A stretch of 63,945 bases of DNA, filler included, from Octopus bimaculoides (taxonomy: Eukaryota), in the NCBI RefSeq assembly GCF_001194135.2. It is 4 parts of 4 records of this genome, joined end to end, with 100 filler letters (N's around TTAATTAATTAA, not from the genome) between each part and the next. Parts side by side here need not be neighbours in the genome. Positions count along the whole stretch, not along the records: positions 29,190 to 58,978 come from NC_069002.1; positions 59,079 to 63,945 come from NW_026306779.1; 2 more parts are not named here. The stretch is one strand, 5' to 3'. The notes beneath the pieces are model-generated. The model worked only from the letters and a program-made list of their open reading frames with translations. It was not told the DNA's origin and ran no database searches. Positions 55,042 through 63,945 of the stretch are shown here, piece after piece; within the stretch, counting starts at the first letter, position 1, and each line of letters opens with the position of its first letter. The position numbers were made by a program, and so were the translations under genes.

Positions 55042-55520
55042 GAAAATCACCTGGTAGGACGAGGTCCCAGATATGGAGGTCCTCCCTTGAGCTGACCAGC
55101 TAAACACCTACACGCTGCTGAGGAGAGCCCAAGTCAGGCGGGTAGGCCACCTTGTTCAAATGCCTGATGTACGCTTCCTCAGAAGACTGTTTTACAGTGA
55201 ACAGGCGGAGGACAAGCGTACACAAGGGGGACAGAAATGCTGCTTTCAGGGAACACTTAAAGCTTTACTGAAGAGCTTTCAGATGAACCCTCAACACCTG
55301 GGAAAAGCAAGGGCAAAACCACCCAGCCTGGCGAGCTGGCACCAACAGAGATTCCACCTCCTGTGGACAGAACAGGGTTGCAAGGGCAGAAAGAAAATGC
55401 AAACTGCGCAAGTCCAGAGCCAACTTCTGGCCTTCAGTTCCAGCTGACCACCAGTACTTGACCTGCGGCCGAGTCTTTTAGACATGCATTGAACTGATCC
55501 CTCATTGCCAGGCACATTGC
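55042..55520 (+). mobile_element. RTE (BovB-like) LINE C-terminal fragment
   Basis: KITW-DEVPDMEVL, LRRAQVRRVGHLVQMPDVRFLRRLFYSE..KRTQGGQK...TLKALLKSF, then a terminal C/H motif remnant (TCGRVF...H..H). Confidence 0.85.
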
Positions 55521-56537
55521 ACCTCCTCATCTTTTTCTTCCTGGGATATCTGGTGTTGGTGATTGTAGTGGTGTTGGAGGTGGTAGTATTGGTGGTAGTG
55601 GAAGTGGTGGTGGTATTGGTAGCATTAATGGTTGTGATGGTAAATGAGATGGTGGTGGTGGTGGTAGTGGCAGAGATTATGATAATGGTAGGAGAGATTC
55701 CTGCGATGGGAAGAGAAGACAAGGAACATAATACGAAGAAAAGTCAGGAAAACTAAACTTGAGAGAAAAGAAAAACAAACAAATACAAAAAACTCCAAGA
55801 ATCTACAAACATGGGGGGTACGGGGGGTAAGGGGGTAAGCTATAGTTTTACCTGTCCATCAACTCAGACTGTCATTAACCATCATAATACAGGTAACACA
55901 TTTTTCTCACCTTTCACACTGATACATATTCAAGACTGCCTTGCTCAGTCTTCCTCTCTCTCTCTTCTTCCCCTCCCCCCCACACATATATATATATATA
56001 TACACACATACATACAAACATATACATATATATCTTTTATTTTTACTTCTTTCAGTCGTTAGGCTCTAGCTGACGTATACATATATACACACACACACAC
56101 ACATAAGTATGTATATGTATGTGTGTGTATATATATATATATAAAGCATACACATATATATGTTCTTAGATGTGTACATATACATAAACTTCTGTACACA
56201 CACACACACACACATGCATTATACATACGTGTCTCTTTTGTCTATATTTCACATTACAAACACCCACTTCTGACATTGCAATTACTGTTTTAAGGTCACT
56301 ACCCCAATTAACAATAGGTTCGTGGAGGTTAATTAGCCCAATTATAATACCTGGGAATTTTAGACAGGACTTTCAACACTGTGGCACGACACTTTATCCC
56401 TGTTTCCCAGGTAACACAACTAACCCTGTCCCCCCCCTCCCAGCTAAGAAACCCTATAATCACAGTTGGGACAATTTGTCTCTATCTCCTCACATTATAC
56501 ACACACATACACACACACACAAATGCATATATTGATT

Positions 56538-56745
56538 TCAAATGTGGATGCAAGTCCAGCATATTTGGGAGAGGGGAGAGGGTAAGCCAATAACACTGAT
56601 TCAGCTGGTGATTGTGTTATTGACCCCAAAAGGATGAATGGCGAAGTCGACCTCAGCAGAATTTGAACTCAAAACATAAAGATCAATGAAGTGCCACTAA
56701 GCATTTTGCCCCACGTGCTAATGATTCTGCCAGCACACCACCTTA
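56538..56745 (-). mobile_element. SINE family B
   Basis: gaccccaaaaggatgaatggcgaagtcgacctcagcagaatttgaactc...gattctgccagc. Confidence 0.85.
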
Positions 56746-56869
56746 ACACACACACACACACACACACACACTTCACACATATCAACAAGTCATGAGATGT
56801 GCGTATATACAAGTACATATATAAAAGTGTTTATATTCATGTACATACCTGAGAGAGGCAAGGAAAAGA

Positions 56870-56934
<65 letters not shown>

Positions 56935-56936
56935 CA

Positions 56937-56972
<36 letters not shown>

Positions 56973-57485
56973 GTATGTATGTCAGTGTGTGTGTGTGTGT
57001 GGTTTGCAAGAGAGAGGGGTGGTGTTTGTTTACGTGGGTTTGTTTGTCAATGTATGTGTATATTTCAGGATAAACTGGAGTTTCTTGGCAACATCAAACT
57101 CTCATTGGTGTTGAAAATTCTTTTGGTATTGGAAGGGAAAGGGGAAGAAGGGCTGGAGGTAATTCCCCTTTGCCTGTGTGTGTGTGTGTGTGTGTGTGTA
57201 TGGGAATGTATGTGGGTATGTGTGTGAATGTATGTATGGGTATATGTGAATGTGTGTATGTGTAAGTGTATGTATGTGCATATGCAAATGTTGTGTGAGT
57301 GTATTTGTGTGTCTATGGGAATGTGTGTGTGTGTGTGTTGGTATGTATGTGTGTATGTGCATATGTGAATACTGTGCGAGTGTATGTGTATATGTGAATG
57401 AGTGTGTGTGTGTATGTGAGTGTTTGTATGTATGTGTGTATGTGAATGTTGTGCAAGTGTATATGTATATATAAATGTGTGTGTA

Positions 57486-57531
<46 letters not shown>

Positions 57532-57568
57532 TTCTCTCTCTCTTTCCTCCATCATCAACCGTGTTTAG

Positions 57569-57774
57569 AACCGTGGATACCAACAGAGGTACCTGCCGCA
57601 GACACAAACGTTTGTTTACAATGCTTCAGACGCAGCGAACAACTCTCACAGACGAAAGAAACCAGTGAAATACTCAGAAATTCTTGCAGAGAAAAAAGAA
57701 AAAGTCTCCAAAACCTGTTCCCCAAAAGTTTACGCCATAATTCGTCAAGTCATTCCATAGACTTTGATGAAAGA
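57569..57774 (+). CDS. Candidate exon running into a gap
   Basis: Pyrimidine tract plus gtgtttag; non-repetitive sequence; one frame open to the gap (PWIPTEV...SIDFDER), another open for 63 codons to TAG at 57760. Confidence 0.3.
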
Positions 57775-58469
57775 NNNNNNNNNNNNNNNNNNNNNNNNNN
57801 NNNNNNNNNNNNNNNNNNNNNNNNNNNNNNNNNNNNNNNNNNNNNNNNNNNNNNNNNNNNNNNNNNNNNNNNNNNNNNNNNNNNNNNNNNNNNNNNNNNN
57901 NNNNNNNNNNNNNNNNNNNNNNNNNNNNNNNNNNNNNNNNNNNNNNNNNNNNNNNNNNNNNNNNNNNNNNNNNNNNNNNNNNNNNNNNNNNNNNNNNNNN
58001 NNNNNNNNNNNNNNNNNNNNNNNNNNNNNNNNNNNNNNNNNNNNNNNNNNNNNNNNNNNNNNNNNNNNNNNNNNNNNNNNNNNNNNNNNNNNNNNNNNNN
58101 NNNNNNNNNNNNNNNNNNNNNNNNNNNNNNNNNNNNNNNNNNNNNNNNNNNNNNNNNNNNNNNNNNNNNNNNNNNNNNNNNNNNNNNNNNNNNNNNNNNN
58201 NNNNNNNNNNNNNNNNNNNNNNNNNNNNNNNNNNNNNNNNNNNNNNNNNNNNNNNNNNNNNNNNNNNNNNNNNNNNNNNNNNNNNNNNNNNNNNNNNNNN
58301 NNNNNNNNNNNNNNNNNNNNNNNNNNNNNNNNNNNNNNNNNNNNNNNNNNNNNNNNNNNNNNNNNNNNNNNNNNNNNNNNNNNNNNNNNNNNNNNNNNNN
58401 NNNNNNNNNNNTATATCATCATCATCATTCCATGGACATTTGGATATGTACTGTGACCAGCTGGACAAA

Positions 58470-58541
58470 TGAAATGTTGCAGTCCACCAGAAGAGTCCGC
58501 TATTTACTAATCGAACACAACAATGCCAGACTACACATTTC
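58470..58541 (+). mobile_element. Possible mariner transposase remnant (HDNARPH motif region)
   Basis: EMLQSTRRVRYLLIEHNNARLHIS resembles RRVR...LLLHDNARPHTS; short match only. Confidence 0.3.
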
Positions 58542-58594
58542 TTTGTACTTCAATGGTAACAAAAGTCAGACTTTTCAGCCACTCCAATATATAT

Positions 58595-58895
58595 GATAGG
58601 CAAGACTGTTGCCAGTGCCCCTGGACTGGCTCTTGTGTGGGTGGCACATAAAATACACCATTTTGAGCATGGCCATTGCCAGTACCGCCTGACTGGCTTT
58701 CGTGCCGGTGGCATGTAAAAAGCTCCCACTAGACTCTCGGAGTGGTTGGCGTTAGGAAGGGCATCCAGCTGTAGAAACTTTGCCAAATCAGATTGGAGCC
58801 TGGTGTAGCCATCTGGTTTCACCAGTCTTCAGTCAAATCGTCCAACCCATGCTAGCATGGAAAGCGGACGTTAAACGACGATGATGATGATGATG
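58595..58895 (+). mobile_element. SINE family C with internal ~60-bp tandem sub-repeat
   Basis: Same 3' end and (gat)n tail as the other C copies. Two related units: ttgccagtgcccctggactggctcttgtg... and ttgccagtaccgcctgactggctttcgtg... Confidence 0.88.
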
Positions 58896-58928
58896 TATAC
58901 ATACATATACATATATACTCACATATAA

Positions 58929-58971
<43 letters not shown>

Positions 58972-59739
58972 ATATATANNNNNNNNNNNNNNNNNNNNNN
59001 NNNNNNNNNNNNNNNNNNNNNNTTAATTAATTAANNNNNNNNNNNNNNNNNNNNNNNNNNNNNNNNNNNNNNNNNNNNTGACATAGCTTTTCTGCTTTCG
59101 AAATATGTCGCTGAGATGTAATGTACCAATAATGAATGGATGATCGTTGATTCAACATGAAATATTATCGTTGCAAAATCAGTAGTATTTTTATAAAATT
59201 TTAAAAATGTTTGTTTAACTAAACCCATTTCAAAAAAGTATCAAGCGGACTGCAAGATAAAAGTCTGCGGGCCGCAAGAGAAGTTATTGCAATTCTCAAA
59301 GCGCAAAGAGATTAATAGACACTGCAGGTCGTGGATGGGACGCTAGCCTATTGCAAAGCTTCCTTCATGGAGTTATACTTCGATATAGTTATTGTTCATC
59401 TGTGTGTTGGAGCATGTAAATGTGCGTGTATGTGTGTGTATATGTGTGTGTGCGCGTGCGTGCATTGCGCGCGCGCGCGTATGTGTGCGTGTGTGTTTAT
59501 GCGTATGTTTTTGTATGTATTTTTGTGCATTGAATATTTGAATCTGTAATTTCTTTTTGTCTTTCAAACAACGGAGAAGTCAGCGCTCATTAACCTTTAC
59601 AAAGCCCTCGAGACTGGGGGATAGAAGGAGGATGGTATCATCGGACTAAGGACACCTGAGCCAAATGCTTCAGACACATTGAACACCACTGAAGGCACTC
59701 AAGGTCTCCGGTGATGATGTTAAACCGGGCGACGTTTAA

Positions 59740-59985
59740 GTGAACAACTCAAATAGACTATGGCAGGATTTGAACCCAGATCGTCAAGAGCTTGAACAAA
59801 TACCGCAGGACAGCCGATCCAAAATTCTTATGATTCTGCCAATTCACCGCCGTCGATTGACGGCCCCGTAAGTACGAAACGCGAAGTTGACTTCGGTAGA
59901 AGTAGAACTTAGAGTTCAGAGAGTCAGAACAAACACCACAAGGTAATTTTGTCCGATGCTCTAACGACTCTCGCAATTCGTGCGT
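59740..59985 (-). mobile_element. Two degenerate family-B-related SINE heads in tandem
   Basis: ggcaggatttgaacccaga...gattctgccaattcaccgcc, and gaagttgacttcggtagaa...ctctaacgactc. Confidence 0.55.
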
Positions 59986-60203
59986 GCACACGTGTCTACG
60001 CTTATAAGCGCGTGTGCACGTGCATGGTGGGGTATCCTAAGCGGCTTTTCAATATGTTGCAAGCCATCGCCACAAATCGCCTCCTCGTCAACTTTTTACT
60101 GTAGATATTATTCGGCAGATGTTCAGGCGCGACATCAGCTACATCCATCTCGCCATTCAGACTTTCTATCTATATCACTACTTGCTTTAAATTCATTATA
60201 AAT

Positions 60204-60420
60204 GTTGGTTTCAAGTTTTGGCTCAAGGCCAGCAATTTTAGGATAATGGGTAAACCGATTGCATCGACCTCAGTTCTCAACTGATATTTCTTTTATTGAC
60301 TCCGAAAGGATGAAAGGCAAAGTTGACTTCGGCGGAATTTTAACTCAGAATGTAAAGACGGACGAAATGCCGCTAAGCATTTAGCCCGACGTGCTAAAGA
60401 TTCTGCCAGCTCACCGCTTT
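60204..60420 (-). mobile_element. SINE family B, full length, with 14-bp TSD
   Basis: ccgaaaggatgaaaggcaaagttgacttcggcggaattttaactcag...gattctgccagctcaccgc; AATTCATTATAAAT at 60190-60203 and 60422-60435. Confidence 0.9.
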
Positions 60421-60659
60421 GAATTCATTATAAATACTGAATATTATTCGCCACTGAATAAAGGCCTCACAAAATAACAGTACAAGTCGTGTATGACTTG
60501 GTAACATGTACCATGCGGTCATCGATTGTTTTAGGCGCCTATGCAATCCCGGGCAAACACAGACATCCTCTCAACTCCGTCCCCCTTGTCTCAGTTGCAA
60601 ACACAGTAAGTGCCAGATGGAGGGAAAGAGCTGTACCGGCACCCAGCTGGTATGACTCT

Positions 60660-60805
60660 TTTCCTCATTTACGGGTCAGTAAACGAGAGGAACATTAAAT
60701 GAAGTGTCTTGCTCGGGAACACAACGCTCCACCCGTCCCAATAATCGAACCCACAATCTTATACACTTGAGCCGAATATCCTAAACACTAGGCCACCAGA
60801 CTTCA
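60660..60805 (-). mobile_element. SINE family D
   Basis: Reverse complement: tggcctagtgtttagg (A box)...gggttcgatt (B box)...gtgttcccgagcaagacacttca. Confidence 0.65.
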
Positions 60806-61253
60806 CAAACATCTCGCCAGCGTTGTGTTTAATTTCACTGAATGTACTGCAAGAAAAAAAAAAAAGAAAAAGAAATGGAGTTAATGCACCAATCAAAAAC
60901 CATTTTAACTAGTTTACGGCTGTGATTCATTCGGTTGCCTGCGCGGGGCAACGGTAATCGCGATTTAAAGCATGAGCATTGCGTGCGTAAATTTACGTCA
61001 ACCGTTTTAAAAGGGTTAATGAACAACAAAAGGGGGTTGAATGGTAATAAATAGACTTGGAAGTATTTGCCGACGGAATTAACCTCTAAATTGTTGGTTT
61101 CGTAAAGACTGAATGATTGGACTATGCGATTTATTTATTTATCTATCTATCTATTATTTTTAGATATTGTTAGTGTAGTTTGTAACAAACCAACTCACGT
61201 AGGTCATCGATAAGCACAAACACGTAGTTGTGTTAATTTATGTGTATGTGTGT

Positions 61254-61298
<45 letters not shown>

Positions 61299-61773
61299 CG
61301 CGCGTATTCTGAGATTGTTTATTATTGAGCAATTAAACTGCCTTCTTTACATACTATTATCAGCTGTGAAACCTGGGGCAGTTCGGAGTTTAAAGGTCGG
61401 CAGAGTTGTTCTGTTATCTTCCGAAAATTTTAAGAAGCTTAACTAAAATTTCCACGCCTTTCTAGAAATCCAGACCAACCATCTGTTAGGGGTTATAACC
61501 AAGGCAGAGTAGTCTGTTTTCTCCAAACTCTCTGAGTAATCAGCTTGCAAATCTAGTAGTGATTAAACATAAATTTCTAGCGACATATCGCGAGTCATTA
61601 ACAATTTGAAACCATCAGCACTAAACATCGATTTACAAATATACACAGCAGAGACGGCACTAATATTATTCGACCAGCACTAAAAGTAGTAACAAGTTAA
61701 CTTTAGCTGTGATAGCTGACACAAGTGAAAACCCCAAATTATAAAAATGACATACTCCTTCACTCCCTCCCCT

Positions 61774-61822
<49 letters not shown>

Positions 61823-63945
61823 ATATTTGTATGCACGCGTTTGTGTGTGTATGTGTGTGTGTATGCGATGCTTCTACAAGTTTTCCGTTGGCGTAACTGT
61901 CAGTGATTTTCAAGTGTTAAGATCCCTTAGTCTATACTCCATATATAAAACAGAGTTTGTGTGCGTGTGCGGGCGCGCGTATGTTTTTTATGGATTCGAA
62001 AACAAAACTGCCGATTTTGACGTATGAGATATCAAGAGATTCAGTAATCTTCCGCCAAGNNNNNNNNNNNNNNNNNNNNNNNNNNNNNNNNNNNNNNNNN
62101 NNNNNNNNNNNNNNNNNNNNNNNNNNNNNNNNNNNNNNNNNNNNNNNNNNNNNNNNNNNNNNNNNNNNNNNNNNNNNNNNNNNNNNNNNNNNNNNNNNNN
62201 NNNNNNNNNNNNNNNNNNNNNNNNNNNNNNNNNNNNNNNNNNNNNNNNNNNNNNNNNNNNNNNNNNNNNNNNNNNNNNNNNNNNNNNNNNNNNNNNNNNN
62301 NNNNNNNNNNNNNNNNNNNNNNNNNNNNNNNNNNNNNNNNNNNNNNNNNNNNNNNNNNNNNNNNNNNNNNNNNNNNNNNNNNNNNNNNNNNNNNNNNNNN
62401 NNNNNNNNNNNNNNNNNNNNNNNNNNNNNNNNNNNNNNNNNNNNNNNNNNNNNNNNNNNNNNNNNNNNNNNNNNNNNNNNNNNNNNNNNNNNNNNNNNNN
62501 NNNNNNNNNNNNNNNNNNNNNNNNNNNNNNNNNNNNNNNNNNNNNNNNNNNNNNNNNNNNNNNNNNNNNNNNNNNNNNNNTGTGTGTGTGTGTGTGTGTC
62601 TGTGTGTTTTGTTGTGGTGAAAAAGGTACTTTTTCTCAAAATATATGGCACAATAAATTTTTAAGAAATCTGCACATCTTTCTTACTACTAACCATTCAA
62701 CTTCAAATTACAATTGTTAATTGTTGGAAGTCAAGTAGACTGAGATCTGCATATTGTATTATCGTATAGAGTGGAAGTTCAATACGAAGTTTTGAACTCA
62801 TCATCTTGTGGTTAGTAATCCATTAAGTCTTTAAACATTATTTTATTGGGTTTAGTCTTTCGACTTTCACCGTGATGGGGTATCACCTTCAAATATTTAA
62901 TTGATCATACTGACCTCAGTACATATTTCAGTCTGGCGTTTATTTTATAGATCTCTGCTTGATCAACTGCTATCTTTGAGACATAGTGGGACACAATATT
63001 CGATTTAACAACAAATGTGAACACACACATATTAGGTGCAAAAATGACAGTGTGGTTGAGAAGTTTGCTTCCGTATGCAAGGGTGAGTGTTGCATTACGT
63101 ACATATCCAGTCCAAAGTACTCAACACAAAGTAAGCTGTATTTTTGAATTAGAAACTGTAATTTCTAGAATAGTAATTTTGACTTATGTGCAACTGATTA
63201 TTCAAATGAGGTGAAGTATAATATATAAGCCAAAATATTCGCAAACACATCAGAGTATGAATAGCCAACTTTACATGGCCATTGAATTGGTTGCTGAAAA
63301 ATTTTTGGAAATATGCCATACGTTCATCTATTCAGTTGGCATGTGCATAACACATATTTTTATGCCATAAACATATATACACACATGCATACATACATGT
63401 ACACATATATACATTTGAACAATCGATAACATGAAGGTCAGAGTTACGGTTTCAGAAGCTCCAATTTCTAATCAAATATGCATTCTCTAATTTATGTTGT
63501 GAGTACTTTTTTTCTGTTTGTAACTACAAACATTCATTAATCTATATACTGCTCATTAATTTGCCACTTTGCCTATAAATAGGGTTACAAGAACTGAAAA
63601 CGAAACACCACCTCCTGAAATTTTCTGCACAATTAAATACTTTATGTTTAATAGAAAATACTGAAGAACTGATCAATAGGATGAGATGGAATATTCCTTA
63701 AATAGGCAGAATATGAATGTTACCTAGAAAAACAAGATCATGCATATCCTTCACACAGAACAACACATTAGAACCTTTTGAGTTTGATCTTCTTAATATA
63801 TATATATATATATAAATAAATGTACAGACAGAGAGATGAAGCTTTTTTCAAAAAGAAGTAAAACATTTTCTCTATATAATTGCAACGATCCTGGGACATT
63901 ACATCTCAGCGACATATTTCGAAAGCAGAAAAGCTATGTCAAAGT

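Overview
AT-rich, microsatellite-saturated and gap-ridden (about 24 N-runs) eukaryotic genomic DNA. It is almost certainly from an octopus (inferred from the SINE families, the microsatellite density and a divergent GC-rich 28S rRNA fragment). No long genuine ORF is present: nearly all ORFs in the track are microsatellite or N-gap artefacts. Mobile elements dominate. There are at least four SINE families: CORE/OR2-like (A), Meta/MESC-like (B), (GAT)n-tailed RTE-type (C) and V-like (D). There are also three degraded RTE LINE fragments, mariner remnants and ends, a possible hAT MITE, and an unnamed ~50-bp dispersed motif. Small unique islands carry canonical splice sites with one or two open frames, suggesting a large-intron gene mostly on the + strand, and a tandem RFX X-box promoter-like element lies at ~25.8 kb. 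I could not identify the gene. The most unusual structures are: (1) a 28S rRNA fragment containing the sarcin-ricin loop, co-oriented with and joined across a 16-N gap to a 5'-truncated SINE, ending in an 18-bp fold-back, which is the architecture of a template-switch retro-chimera; (2) a ~4.2-kb CpG-saturated (TACG/TTCG)n satellite with higher-order repeats, a strand inversion and CpG-decay variants.
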